From NCBI GenBank assembly GCA_030390025.1, contig JASTWF010000333.1, positions 62,001-126,000 on the forward strand: a stretch of 64,000 nucleotides of DNA, written 5' to 3'. The position numbers and the translations under genes are program-made. The notes under the pieces were generated by a model. That model had not been told where the DNA came from and made no database searches. It was given only the letters and a program-made list of their open reading frames with translations. Origin of the DNA: Squalus acanthias. Taxonomy: Eukaryota. Shown in pieces: positions 24,600 to 38,437 of the stretch (its first letter is position 1; every line of letters begins with the position of its first letter).

Positions 24600-26405
24600 A
24601 ACTTAGGAACAGAGGAACATAGGAACAGGAGTAGGCCATTCAGCCCCTCAAGCCTGTTCCGCCATTCAATGAGATCATGGCTGATCTGCAACCTAACTCC
24701 ATATACCCGCCTTTGGCCCATATCCTTTAATACCTTTGGTTAACAAAGAGCTATCAATCTCAGATTTAAAATTAACAATTGATCTAGCATCAATTGCCAT
24801 TTGCAGAAGAGAGTTCCAAATTTCTACCACCCTTTGTGCGTAGAAATGTTTCCTAATTTCCCTCCTGAAAGGTCTGGCTCTAATTTTTAGACTATGCCTC
24901 CAGTTCTAGAATCCCCAACCAGCGGAAATAGTTTCTCTCTATCTACCCTATCTGTTCCCCTTAATATCTTCAAAACTTCAATCAGATCATCCCTTAACCT
25001 TCTAAATTCGAGGGAATACAAACTTAATTTGTGTCATCTCTCCTTGTAACTTAACCCTTGAAGTCTAGGTATCATTCTGGTAAATCTATGCTGCACTCCC
25101 TCCAAGGCCAATATATCCTTCCTAAGGTGTGATGCCCAGAACTGCTCATTGTACTCCAGGTGTGATTTAACCAGGGCTTTGTATAGCTGCAGCATAACTT
25201 CTACCCCCTTGTACTCTTGTCACTCTAGATATAAAGGCCAGCATTCCATTAGCCTTTTTGATTATTTTCTGTACCTGTTCATGACATTTTAATGATCTAT
25301 GTACCCTCAAGTCTCTTTGGACCTCCACTGTTTTTAGCTTTTCACCATTTAGACCTTTGTAGGTCCAAAGTGGATGACCTCACATTTTCCTACATTGAAA
25401 TCCATCTGCCACAGTTTTACCCATTCACTTAATCTATCAATATCCCTTTGTAATTTTATGCTTTCATCTACATGCCTACAATGCCACCTATCTTTGTGTC
25501 GTCGTCAAATTTGGATATATGACTTTCTATGCTATCATCTAAGTCATTAATAAATACTGTGAATAGTTGAGGCCCCAACACAGATCCCTGCGGGACACCA
25601 CTAGCCACATCCTGCCAATTAGAGAACCTACCCATTATCCCTATTCTCTGTCTCCTGTCGTTCAGCCAATTTCCTAATCAGGTCCATAATTTGCCTTCAA
25701 TTCCATACCTTAGTTAACAGTCTCTTATGTGAGACTTTATCAAATGCCTTCTGGAAGTCCATATAAATAATATCCATAGACATTCCCCTATCCACTACTT
25801 TAGTCACCTCCTCAAAAAATTCAAGCAGGTTTGTCAGGCATGACCTACCCTTCACAAATCCATGCTGGCTCTCTCTGATCAACTGGAAATTTTAAGGTGT
25901 TCAGTCACCCTATCCTTAATTATACACTCTAATAATTTCCCGACAACAGATGTTAGGTTAACTGGTCTATAATTCCCTTGTATCCCTCTTTCACCATTCT
26001 TAAATAGTGGAGTGACATGCGCAATTTTCCAATTTAAAGGAATTGTACCCTGAATGGGGAGAACTTTGGAAGATTATAATTAGGGCATCTGCAATGTACT
26101 CACCTACTTCGTTTAAAACCCAGGGATGGAAACCATCTGGTCCTGGCGATTTGTCACTCTTTAGAGCCATTATTAGGGTGGTAGATGCTTGGAACTCCCT
26201 TCCGCAAATGGCAATTGATGCTAGATCAATTGTTAATTTTAAATTCGAGATTGATAGATTTTTGTTAACTAAAGGTATTAAAGGATATGGGGCAAAGGCG
26301 GGTATATGGAGTTAGGTCGGAGATCAGCCATGATCTCATTGAATGGCGGAACAGGCTTGAGGGGCTAAATGGCCTACTCCTGTTACTATGTTCCTATGTA
26401 CCTAT
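24600..26405. mobile_element. CR1 LINE pieces: 24600-26174 (-) and 26175-~26405 (+)
   Basis: Minus QHGFVKGRSCLTNLLEFFEEV...DFQKAFDKV with tail at 24600; plus RVVDAWNSLP...GIKGYG with tail ttcctatg. Confidence 0.9.
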
Positions 26406-27195
26406 TTTCAAATTTCAGCGCTGGAGCAATTGTGATTAATAATTCTGGATATGAATACACATCTGCACAGATACGATCAGAAGAGGTCATGGTAATTTCA
26501 CCGACATGAGATGCATTTAATGTGAATGATTTATGTCTTCACACTGTGCATTTGCAAACAAATGAAAAGAGGTTTTACCAAACATTTTTTGGTGATGACT
26601 GCACCCCTTTTAACACCTTCTAGTCCAACCTACAGGAAAAAATATGACGAGATGAAAAGCTGTAAATAACCTTTACTGAACCAATTTTTACTCACTTTAT
26701 AGTCTGGCAGTATATGCTGGGCAGTCCCCATCAATCTCTCTCCTGTGCTTTAATACAGCCAGAGGTCATTGAATTTATGGTTTTATTCAGCTTATAAGAC
26801 ATTTATTGGCTTGTACAGTCCAGACAACCAAACATGAGATACCTAATTTAACTCACTCCCTTCAATTTGCTTAGCCATTTACTGTAACATTGCAGACACA
26901 CAAGAGAAAAACTGAAACAGTAAATAAATGGTGAGTTGGGTTGAGCAGTTGCTCCCGGTACTCTGAATTTTGTACTTACTTGACATACATTTAAGCAAAA
27001 GGAAAACAAATTTGAGCAAAATTGTTCAAAAAGTAAGAAATATTCCCAAATATTTCTAACGAAGGAGCTTCGCCTGCCAAGAGAGCATGTTGGGAATTCT
27101 GGCGTGCGCCTGATCTGTGCTCCTGGCCGTGAAGTTGTGCATTAGATGTGAGATTTTGTAAAGTTGCCCCTTTAGTACCACCATAAAGCCACTAC

Positions 27196-27299
27196 GGGGA
27201 AGACTTCCGCTGCTCGCAGTTTATGGTGAATTTGTAAATTTGTTCTTTATGCATGCACAAGACTTTGCTATAAACCGTGAACAGTGCAAATCTTCCACC
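27196..27299. mobile_element. Very short MITE-like inverted repeat (~104 bp)
   Basis: ~35-bp imperfect IR ggggaagacttccgctgctcgcagtttatgg / ctataaaccgtgaacagtgcaaatcttccacc; TAC on both flanks. Confidence 0.6.
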
Positions 27300-27957
27300 T
27301 ACAGGCTTGGGATATTTGTGATAGAGGGGAAAATGGGCAAAAAGAAGCCTGAAGACCAACGTATATATTGAAAACTGCTTCTATCCTAAATTCCCATTAG
27401 GGTTAAAAGACCAGAAATTGCACAAATCCCAGGAGACAGTTCTAGCTTAAAACCTGGGAGCAGGGCGTCTGATTTAGGGCAGAACATGGATCCACAGTGC
27501 CCTCAGTGGGATGTATGTTTCCTGAGAGCAGGCATAGGTCCTGTTCTGGTCCAAATGAAGGCCCCAGCAAAGAAAAGCAATGACAATGGATCCCAGCGGA
27601 ATCCATCACCGTTATTATGTTACCTCTCTGTTCCCAGAGGAGAATCACAAAACAAATTACAGTATGACTGTTTCTACAGGCTATACACTTTGACAACCGC
27701 TGCCTCCATGGATTGGGTGCACGAGTTACACCAGTACGGACGTGGGTACACTTCCCCATTATTTAAATAACCTTGTCCCTGGGATTTAGGGCGGAGTCAG
27801 CAGCAAGCCAATGAGGAAAGTGGAATTTCCGTCCCACTGCACTTCTGCGGGTGCAATAGTGTCACATGAAATGGAGACCGACCATCCTAGATCCAAATTT
27901 ACCTGCAAAGTGGCCACAATGAGCTGCTCACTGCAGCCCGGCAGCATGTTTCCAGGT

Positions 27958-29200
27958 TTACATAGAATCTATAGCACAGAAACAGGCCATTTGGCCAAAC
28001 TGGTCTATGCCGGGGTTAATGGCCCACACAAGTGTCCTCCCACCCCTCTTCATATAACCCTATCAGCATATCCTTCAAATCCTTTCTGCCACTTGTGTTT
28101 ATCTAGCTTCCCCTTAAATGCAGCTATGCTATTCGCCTCAACTATCCCTTGTGGTAGCACGTTCCACATTCTTACCACTCTTTTGCTAAAGAAGTTTCTC
28201 CTGAATTTCCTATTGGATTTATTAGTAACTATCTTATATTTATGACCTCTAGTTTTGGTCTCCCCACAAGTGGAAACATTTTCTCTACATCTACCCTATC
28301 AAAACCTTTCATAATCTTAAAGACCTCTATCAGGCCAACCTCAACCTTCTCTTTTCGAGAGAAAAAGCCTCAGCCTGTTCAGTTTTTCCTGATAAGTATA
28401 TCCTCTCAGTTCTGGTATCATCCTTGTGAATCCTTTTTGCACCTTCTTCAGTGCCTCTACATCCTTTTAATAATCGAGAGACCAGAACTGTGCACAGTAT
28501 TTCAAGTGTGGTCTAACCAAGGTTTGATACACGTTTAACAGAGCTTCTCTGCTTTTCAATTCTATCCCTGTAGAAATGAACCCCAGTGCATGGTTTGCTT
28601 CATCATGGCCTTATTAACCTATGTTGCTACTTTTAGTGATTTGTGTATCTGTACCCCTAAATCCCTTTGCTCCTCTGCCTCATTTAAACTCTTATTATGT
28701 AAGTAGTATGCGGCCTCCTTATTCTTCCTACCAAAATGCGCCACCTCACACTTATCTATATTGAAATTCATTTGTCAATTACATGCCCATTATGCAAGTT
28801 TATTAATGTCTTCTTGTCGTTTGTCACATTCTTCCTCTGTGTTAAACGACACCCCCCAATTTGGTGTCATCTGCAAATTTTTAAATTATACTTCTGATTC
28901 CCAAGTCCAAATCATTTTTGAAAATTGTGAACAACAGTGGTCCTAGCGCCGACCCTGTGGAATGCCATTGTTCACCTTTTGTCAGTCTGGGCAGCTACCC
29001 ATAACCCCCACTCTCTGTTTTCTGTAGCCAGTTTTCTATCCGTTCTGCAACTTGTCCCCTGACTCCACATGCTCTGATCTTAGTTATGAGTCTACTATGC
29101 AGTACCTTTTTGAAGGCCTTTTGAAAATCCAAATATATTACATCTACTACGTTACCCTTGTCTACTCTTTCTGTTACTTCTTGAAAGAATTCAATAAGGT
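27958..29200 (-). mobile_element. Degenerate CR1 LINE 3' part (second subfamily)
   Basis: Minus YLDFQKAF and FADDTKLG motifs; tail tttacatagaat shared with ~59255-59555. Confidence 0.85.
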
Positions 29201-29219
29201 TTAAGTGTTAAAATATTTA

Positions 29220-30043
29220 GGGGGAAAAATTGGGTATCGCCCATTTTGGGGCGCTGATATCGGCCGGGCGGCAAGTTTAGCACTAATTATCCCCTCCGAC
29301 TGCAAAATTCACCTCTATCGCCCCTGGAGGTGATTTGAGCGCTAAATCAGACGCTACACACCTCTCTTAAGGCGCAAACGTCGGGGAGCGAGGCACTACC
29401 TCAGAACGTTACCGAAGCTCAGGTGATGTCAGTTACCATGGAAGTCAGACAGACTGGCGCCGTCCAATTCTTAAAGGGGGAGGGGCCATCTTGCTGGCCA
29501 GCCACACCCTACTCATTGCAGCCTTGAATCTCAGCCTGGAGAGACCTCTAAAGCAATTTGTTGGAAGCTCTAACGGATAGGCCCAGGGAAAGCGCTCGGC
29601 GCTTAGGAACCTCAAAAGTGGTGCTGAGGGCCAAAACTCCTTAGGACAGCATTAAATCTCTCCAGACGTCTCTCTCCCTCTCAACTTGTGTGTACCAAAC
29701 GTTTTGCTGACAAGAAAAGGCAGGAAGCGCCCGCCTTTAAATAGCGCTCCCCCTGCCCCTTCCCGACTTGAAAACGTTCCCCTCTACCTGTCGTTCCTAG
29801 TGGCAGTCGCTAAGGAAGGGGGCGCGACTCAATATCCGGTCCGGGGCGCTACCGGGGACGTTGCACGCTTGACTGACGTCACAATCTGCAGGTGCAGGAG
29901 ACAGTGGCGGTAGTGTTTAGCGCCGCCGCAAAATGACTGGCCAATTTCGCGAGCGGTGCTAAAATCACCGCGCTCGGGCACGAAGTTCCTAGCACCCCCT
30001 GGAGGCGCTAATGGGAGGCGCTAACCAACCGAATTTTTCCCCC
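29220..30043. mobile_element. Harbinger-derived MITE, family M1 (824 bp)
   Basis: TIRs GGGGGAAAAATT / AATTTTTCCCCC; TSD TTA. Confidence 0.92.
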
Positions 30044-31427
30044 TTAATGTGCTTTCGTGTGATGAAAGTGAAGCGAATGAAAGCATAATAAACATTAAAG
30101 TTTCTCTTGTGGTAGAATAAAGCAACGCTTTGTCAGGCCTTGTGCCTACAGCCCCAGTTTGAGAACTGCGAAGCAATTGTGGGTGGGTGGGTTTACATTC
30201 CTCTGTTCAGCTGTAAGAAAATGTAGTTGTGTGTATAGACTGGTGTAATGGAAAGAGAAAGTTCAACAGATTCATCGACTGCTCAAAAACAGGTGTGTAA
30301 AATGTTTGAAAAAGGGCTAATTGTAAACTTGTTCAGGACTTATTAAAGATCATGTATAAGCAACTCGTGAAACATTCCACCACTACTGAGGGCTATTGTG
30401 GAGCTTTGTGATCATCCGTATAGGTGTAGTAGCAATCGGAGGCTCCTCCTCTATATATTGGTTTACCAGTGAGGACTTTGTATATAACTCGAAATAATTT
30501 CAAAGGCTATGAGGCCACTGTTTTCATTTTCTTCAGTTTAATTTACGTGCTGAGATCTATTTCTTGGAGTCTTGATTCTGGAGCAAGGCACTTGGCATAG
30601 TTGTCTTTGAAGCCATTATTCTGAAACCGAACTTTGGAAAAGACTAAATAAATTGTCCACGTGCTTCTAGTCTATAGTCTCATACTTGATTCTCTCTCTC
30701 TATAAAAGATAGGAATCAGAGCCAGAACCTTTTGGAAAAGCATGAAATTGAGGCCTCTCCTAAACTTACCAGCAAATGGGTAGCAATAAGCAGCCCATAC
30801 ATACAGCAGGGCAACAAAACTACTTACCCCCTCCCTCCTCCCCCCCCCACCCCAGTGGTTGCACAAACAATTGTCCAACCATTCACATTGTTGATTGAAA
30901 TCTAGAGATTGGAAGAAAAGACTCTGGCCTTGCTATTAACCCCACATGATGAGCGGGAGAGTGTTGGGGGGAGTAACTGATGCTTTCCTGCTGCTTTTCT
31001 GTCCCAGCACACAGATTAAGAGCCAAAAAAGACATTTGCTTGTTCTTCCGCATCATTCAGAACCATGTTCATGCCCATGATTTTTTTTACAATGCTGTCG
31101 TACCTTGGTGACAGCGCTACAATCCCAGAAGTAACCTCCGCACCAGATGTGATGGTTTCTGACAGTGACTTCTCCCCTAGTCCCAGATGATTTCAAGCTA
31201 GATATTTTCTGCCCTTGGAATTGTCATTTTCAGCCTCACTGTCGCTTGATTGAGGATCACTGTCCAAGTCAGTACACATTAAATCAATTCCTCTGTAGCA
31301 TGCTGCCATGTACCAATGTGGCAATACCTCCACGGTTGGTAAAAGAAGAAAATGATAGAATAAAATAACCAGAAAATACTAAAGAGCAATACCATACCAG
31401 TCTTTATATTAAAACAGCAGAAATAGA

Positions 31428-32182
31428 GGCCTTGGTATTTACGGGGAGATGGGGAAGGTGTGAGGGAGCGTGTTAAAGCGGGGAAAATCCAGCATGGCCG
31501 GGACGCGGAGGTCCTGCCAAATTTAACAGCAGGACCTCATTTTAACTTTTTTTTTCCGTTTTCAACCCAGTAGCCGGCCAAATTGACCGGCTGGCCAGCT
31601 GCCGGGTGGCAAAACAAGTGGCAGGAGGCCCCAGCAGCGGACCCTTGGGGACGGTCCCCGGCTAGCGGGAAGGGGGAGGGATCAAGAGGTCAGGGCTTGT
31701 GGGTGGGTGGGGGGGAAGAGAGGCCATCGCGGGAGGGAGGGAGCGAGAGATCATGGCTGGCGGGAGGGTCTGCGATCGTGGCTGGGGGAGAGAGTGGGCT
31801 CCAATTGGCAGAGGTGAGGCCGAAGGCTTCCTTGAAAGGCTGGGGAAGCACACCTGCTCCTCCTGGCCCACAAAGAGTGCTGTAAAAGCCACTTACCGTC
31901 TTGAGTTGGCAGCTCCCGCCTCCCTTTTACTGCCGGGTTTCCCGATCCCTGGGAAACCTGCGCGGCAACTGTTAAATTTAAATCAGGCTCCCAATTGCAC
32001 TGTGGGAGCCTGATTTAAATATGTTAATGAAGGGAAGGACACTCGTATGACATGAACCCCACCGGCGTAAAAATAGCAATGGGTGCGTAAGGAGCAGGTT
32101 GGGGTCACGTTCCTCGTTTTAAAATTTTTAAATCCTTTCCCCATCCTCTTCTGGCCGTCATGGGGGGATTAACATCAAGGCC
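31428..32182. mobile_element. Non-autonomous TIR element with G-rich core (family C)
   Basis: TIRs GGCCTTGGTATTTA / TTAACATCAAGGCC; flanks AGA/AGT; shares gtgggccaggaggagcagg (rc) with ~40655-40675. Confidence 0.7.
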
Positions 32183-32240
32183 AGTGTCTTGCTTACAATT
32201 GACTAAGCTCTTAAAGGGGGTATTTGATTCCTGGCATAAA

Positions 32241-33980
32241 GGCCGAGATTTTGCTCACCTCGGCGGGTCTGGTGCGGCCGATGTCGGTGGCGGGTCACGG
32301 CCCCACTGTTGGCTCCATCCCGCTGCCGAAAATGAACTTACCTCAATGGGGCTTGTTAAGCCCACCCAGCACTTTTCCCTGCCCAATTAGATGAAGCAGG
32401 TCTGGTGACATCATTCATGACACATCTTGAGCCTGTTTCCTTAAAGGGACCATGGCCACCTTACTTTTGATGTTTGTGCTGTCAGTGTTCAACAGCATTG
32501 AAGTGCGGCAAACACTGACAATCACTACACAGAGGTGCAGGGCTGCACCTAGGTTCTTCCATGACTCCCTCTATATAAATATGGAGGGAGTCAGAGCACA
32601 CAGGGAGGTCCTCTTCCCTTCCGATGAGTGGAAGAGACCTCCCCAGGAGACCAAGACAGCCTGGTTGCACATTGCAGAGGAGGTTACAAGCAGGGATGTC
32701 GTCAGGAGGACCTGGGTGCAGTACCACAAACGTTTCAATGATCTCATCTTCATCCTGCTGTGCCTCTCATCACAGCCCCATCACTCTGCCTTCCCTACCC
32801 TACTCCTGCACATCCTTACTCACACCAACTTACCTTGCACCTCCATCCATCCCTCTCTCTCTCTATCTACATTATCACATCCACATCTCACTAGACACCC
32901 CTCACACTCACCCTTATCCTACTGCAATCATACCAACTAACAACACACAAGGGTAGCCACTTGGGTATTTTATCCAATGTTCATGTAAAGTTTCTGTTAA
33001 TGTGCTGTCAAACATTGAAACCTTTATTTTCAACACTTTGCGTTCTTGGACAGATTTGTGTGCACCTTTAGAAGTGGCTTAGTGAGTTGCAGTGAATGGT
33101 GAGACATAACGTTACCCCCTGCAATGGTGATGAGTATGAAAGGAATGGCTTGGACATTGTAGGGATGCTTTGTGATGGTGGTGTGGGGTGGTGCCAACCT
33201 GGCACATCATGTGGCAGCCAGGGTGTACAGTGTCAAGTGAAGTAAATCTGGCCATGGTGAGGTCATCCCTGTGCTCAGGTGCTGATGCCCTCTATCCTGT
33301 GCAGCATCAGGTGATTGTGGAAAAGGTTGGTGTTGTTGTTGGTGCTGCTGCTGTGCCTGGTATTGCTGGTGTTGGGGCTAATCGTGGTCAGATTCTGTGG
33401 ACCAAGGTGAAACAGTATAAACGGTACCCATGCTGATGGAATAGATGGCAGGTGAAGTTGAGATGACAGAAGCGATCTGTCAATGGTGAGAGAGGCTGTT
33501 CCAATGAGGTGACACTGGAAGGAGAGTTTGCTCCAAACACTTGCAACCTGCATAAAGATCAATCTGTGTTCCAAATGGAGTCAGCAACAGCTTTTGCGCT
33601 TGGAAAGTGAACAGCTGTGAGGTGGGAGCTTTTATAATACATTTCAAGCTGTCAACTAATCAACTGATTCAATGGCTATTCAACTCCCGCCTCAGGTTAA
33701 CAAACATGGTCCATGCGCAGCGTGGACCCCATGGGCGAGCAGTTAAAGTGAAAAGGTAAGGTTAAAACCATTATTAAGTGTCTGTCAACAAGCCAATAAT
33801 TGCTTTAATTGGGTCACCCGCCTCTGCGCGTCGGTTCCGATCCGAGATCACAGACACGCCATTGGGAAAGGCGTGTTGGAGCGAGATGACAGCAGGTTCT
33901 CGACCCACTGTCAAAAAAATCAAATTTCCCACCCAACCCGCCACCGATCCTGCCCGCTGAACCCCCGGAAAATTCCGGCC
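32241..33980 (+). mobile_element. Non-autonomous Harbinger, family D (1.74 kb) with Myb exon 1 relic
   Basis: TIRs GGCCGAGATTTT / AAAATTCCGGCC, TSD AAA; RAAPRF...AWLHIAEEVTSRDVVRRTWVQYHKRFNDL. Confidence 0.9.
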
Positions 33981-34948
33981 AAAGAGTTTGTCCACACACT
34001 AATTGTAGTAAAGATGTAAATGCATTCTTTATAAACAGGTTGATAATTTTGGCCATAGCTGTGTACAAAGGAACTCTCTTCAATGTCCCCCGACCAGGCA
34101 ACTTTCCATCTATTGGTAACTCACAGTAACATACCCCCATGCAGCAAATGAGATTCTAAATGTAAAGCCATATCTTGTCAGTGTTGAAGCTGGTTCTCAT
34201 TTTCTGGCACAGAGTTACAGTGGTGGTAATGCTCTCGGTCAATGAATCAGAAATAGTAATTAATGCAATTAGTGGTTTGGCGGATCCGATTAACTAAAGC
34301 CCCAGTGCATCTTCTGAATAATTATGTGATATGTATGGAGCTTCAGAGTGCAAGTTTAGCATCACTGTAATGTGTTATCTGCTTTGCACCAAAGTTGCAG
34401 TTTGCAGCAGCGGTGGATTTAGACATTGATGAAGGGAAATGTGAGTCCCAAAGGTGTAAGATTTATTGCCTTGGGGCATGGCTCAGCCAGAGATAATTTT
34501 GATTTTTGACACTTTATTTGGTACGTTTTCTGTCATTTTGGAGCCTACTGGAATTTATCCTAGATAGGTGACAGATACTTTATATATGAAAAGCAAGGTA
34601 GTTGCAGGCATTTAAGTCTAACTTTATAAGATCCAGTTCCCTTTCATTGGGACTGTAACCCTAAATATATCAAATGAATTTGTGAACTGAAATCTTTTGC
34701 CATAAACACTGACAATAATCCTGACTTCCAGTGGATTCTACACTCACAAGACAAAGTCGGCTGACTAACAGCGTGCGTACCACAGTGAAACAGTTCTCTC
34801 ACAAGCCTCATGGTTAGAAATGGTGGAATCAATGAAAAATTGTGGCAAAAAAAGTAGTGTGGCAATGAATAAATAATGCCTGAATGTGGAAAAAAGTACT
34901 GAATTTTCAGCAACAGAAGAATCCTCCCCCTCACCCACAAAAAAATCT

Positions 34949-36491
34949 TTTTTTTAATCGTTTATGGGATGTGGGCGTCGCTGGCAAGGCCAGCATTTAT
35001 TGTCCATCCCTAATTGCCCTTGAGAAGGTGGTGGTGAGCTGCCTTCTTGAACCGCTGCAGTCCGTGTGGTGAAGGTACTCCCACAGTGCTGTTAGGTAGG
35101 GAGTTCCAGGATTTTGACCCAGCAACAATGAAGGATCAGCGATATATTTCCAAGTCAGGATGGTGTGTGACTTGGAGGGGAACTTGGAGGTGGTGGTGTT
35201 CCCATGCGCCTGCTGCCCTTGTCCTTCTAGGTGGAAGAGATCGCGGGTTTGGGAGGTGCTGCCGAAGAAGCCTTGGCGAGTTGCTGCAGTGCATCTTGTA
35301 GATGGTACACACTGCAGCCAAGATACGCCGGTGGTGGAGGGAGTGAATGTTTAAGATGGTGGATGGGGTGCCAATCAAGTGGGCTACTTTGTCCTGGATG
35401 GTGTCAAGCTTCTTGAGTGTTGTTGGAGCTGCACTCATCCAGGCAAGTGGAGAGTATTTCATCACACTCCTTACTTGTGCCTTGTAGATGGTGGAAAGGC
35501 TTTGGGGAGTCAGGAGGTGAGACACTCGGCGCAGAATACCTAACCTCTGACCTGTTCTTGTTGCCACAGTATTTATGTGGTTGGTCCAGTTTCTGGTCAA
35601 TGGTGACCCCCAGGACGTTGATGATGGGGGATTCGGCAATGGTAATGCCGTTGAATGTCAAGGGGTGGTGGTTAGACTCTCGCTTGTTGGAGATAGTCAT
35701 TGCCTGGCACTTCTGTGGCACGAATGTTACCTGCCACTTATCAGCCCAAGCCTGAACGTCATCCAGGTCTTGTTGCATGGGGGCATGGACTGCTTCATTA
35801 TCTGAGAAGTTGTGAATGGCGCTGAACACTGTGCAGTCATCAGTGAACATCCCCACTTCTGACCTTATGTTGGAGGGAAGGTCATTGATGAAGCAGCTGT
35901 AGATGGTTGGGCCTAGGACACTGCCCTGAGGAACTCCTGCAGCGATGTCCTGGGGCTGTGATGATTGACCTTCAACCACCACAACCATCTTCCTTTGTGC
36001 TGGGTATGAGTCCAGCCAGTGAGAGTTTTCCCCCCGATTCCCATTGACTTCAGTTTTACTAGGGCTCCTTGGTGCCACACCCGGTCAATGCTGCCTTGAT
36101 GTCAAGGACAGTCACTCTCACCTCACCTCTGGAATTCAGCTCATTTATCCATGTTTGGACCAAGGCTGTAATGAGGTTGGGAGCCAAGTGGTCTTGGCGG
36201 AACCCAAACTGGGCATCAGCGAGCAGGTTATTGGTGAGTAAGTGCCGCTTGATAGCACTGTTGATGACACTTTCCATCACTTTGCTGATGATTGAGAGTA
36301 GACTGATGGGGCGGTAATTGGCCAGATTGAATTTGTCCTGCTTTTTGTGGACAGGACATACCTGGGCAGTTTTCCACATTGTCGGATAGATGTCAGTGTT
36401 GTAGCTGTACTGGAACAGCTTGGCTAGAGGCACGGTTAGTTCTGGAGCAGAAGTTTTCAGTACGATAGCCGGGATCTTGTCGGGGCCCGTA
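34949..36491 (-). mobile_element. 5'-truncated family B LINE
   Basis: Near-identical to ~15220-16770; 12-bp TSD ACAAAAAAATCT (34937-34948, 36492-36503). Confidence 0.92.
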
Positions 36492-36879
36492 ACAAAAAAA
36501 TCTGAACCCTAACTAACCCCTGGGAGAAATTCTGACCTCAACCCCCTCCCACTGAGGATGAATCCCACCTCCCAGAGGGGAAAATCTTATCTCTAAACCC
36601 TCTAACCCCACTGATAATATATGTGACTTGGTCCTACGTCCACTGAGAATAAAACCTTACACGGCACCCTCCACCTCACTGAGAAGAAGCTCACTCCTGA
36701 CAACAATATGCCCCTCGCCACTGACGAGGCGATCAGGCCTGATCCCCCACACTGAGAATGAGATTGGGCCTGTACCAGTGCCCTCTCCCATGTGCATAAT
36801 AATCGTTTCCACATCTTCCCCATCCAAGTTAGAAAATTGTTCCTATGGGAAGGAAGTGCAGTTCTCCCCCACTGCGAGA

Positions 36880-37930
36880 GATTCCCTGCCTTTGCTCCCC
36901 GCTCCTCATCACCATCCTCATTCTCCCCTTCTTTCAGCCCCCCTGCTGCCCATTCTTCCTCCTCTTCCCCTCTCCTTTCTCCCCTACCCTACCCCACCCC
37001 ATCCACTTTCCCATCTCCCATCATTCATCCTCCACCTCTCTGTATCCTGCTCCTTCTCTTCCTGGTCCCTTTCTTCTTCCCCCTCCCACTCCCCCTCCTC
37101 ATTCATCTTCTCGTTCCCTCCCCTCCACTCCCCTGTTCCACTCCTCCTCACCTACCATGCTCCGCCCTCTCCCAAGCCCCTCCTCTCCTCTTCCCCTCCC
37201 CATCTTCTTCTCTCACCCTCTCCACCTCTCTCTCTCTCATCTGCCTCCTTCCCATCCCTTACCTCCTCCGCTGCCAGGGTCCAATTATACACCACCCTCT
37301 AACCCTGCTTACCCTGCATACTGCACTTGGGCTTGACTTCCTGTTTGCAATGCCACAGGAGAGTAGCTATATTTAATTTTTTTAAACCCTCACAATACTT
37401 CAATCTGTTTTAGTTTCTTAATAATACAGTAAAGGATTTGATTTAAAAACACAACTCTGTTCTTTTTTGTGGGATAACCATCTTTGCCTCTCTTTCCTTC
37501 ATCCCCTTCTCCTCACTCTCCCACAATTTCTACTCTTCTCCCCTACCTCTCTACCCACTCCCTTCTCCATTCCCGCCCTTTCCCCATCCCCCTCTCTTTC
37601 CTCCTCCAGTTCCAGTCTGCCCAGACTTACCATACTGATGTTAGGGCAGTCATTTCCTCTGAGCTGCAGCCCCACTCCAATATAATCTGGTGGCCTTGGT
37701 TCTCTTCTACCCCTCTCAGGGCCATTAAGTCTCCTCTAGTCTGCTCTATTCACCCCTTGCCTCTTACCCTACTGTGCCTTTCACCTTACTCCCACAGCCT
37801 GTAATCCTGCTGTACTTTCTCTGACCTACCTTCCCTTTTGCCTCCACCCTCTCCTCACTCTACCTTCCTCACATTGCTCTCGTTTCCCCCATTACCTTGT
37901 CTAGCCTCCAGTGTCACTGTCCTCCCCTAG
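36880..37930. repeat. Polypyrimidine (C/T) low-complexity tracts (~36880-37270 and ~37480-37930)
   Basis: + strand is nearly devoid of G (cctcttcccctctcctttctcccc...). Confidence 0.85.
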
Positions 37931-38437
37931 CGCTGATTCAATTTACTTCCAGCCTTCTAATTCTGCTTGGCCTGAGGAGTCCACTTAGCTTTGATTCCCC
38001 ATGTGTAACACCAAAGGAGATCGACTAGTCCTTTAACAATACTTCCCGTTGCCCCTACTGAGCACCATTATTTTGGAGGCTTGCATCACATCTTTTAAAA
38101 TCTGTATCTGACTGGCTCAAAAAACACTTCAAAGGCCAAATTTTCAACCAATCAACAATGGATATTTTGCTGTTTGACCTGATTAAATTATTTTAACTGA
38201 CCCCACCTGGCAAAAATCGGGTGGGGTCAGTTAAAATACGGGCAGGGACTTACCCACTGTGACCCCGCTGTCTTCATGCCATGTACAATATTAACCTGCT
38301 CTTTTGAGCAGGCGAGCAGGACACCCACAGGAAGGCTGCGGAGTCCTTCTTTAAATATGCAGATTGGGACCTGACTGCAATTTTAGTCGGCGGCCTGAGT
38401 GGGGGAGAAATGACAGCTTTCCCGTCAGGATAAACCT

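Noticed and set aside
36628..37376. Long Pro/Ser/Leu-rich ORFs in three frames
   Set aside because: Stop codons are rare in polypyrimidine sequence; no domain is recognisable.
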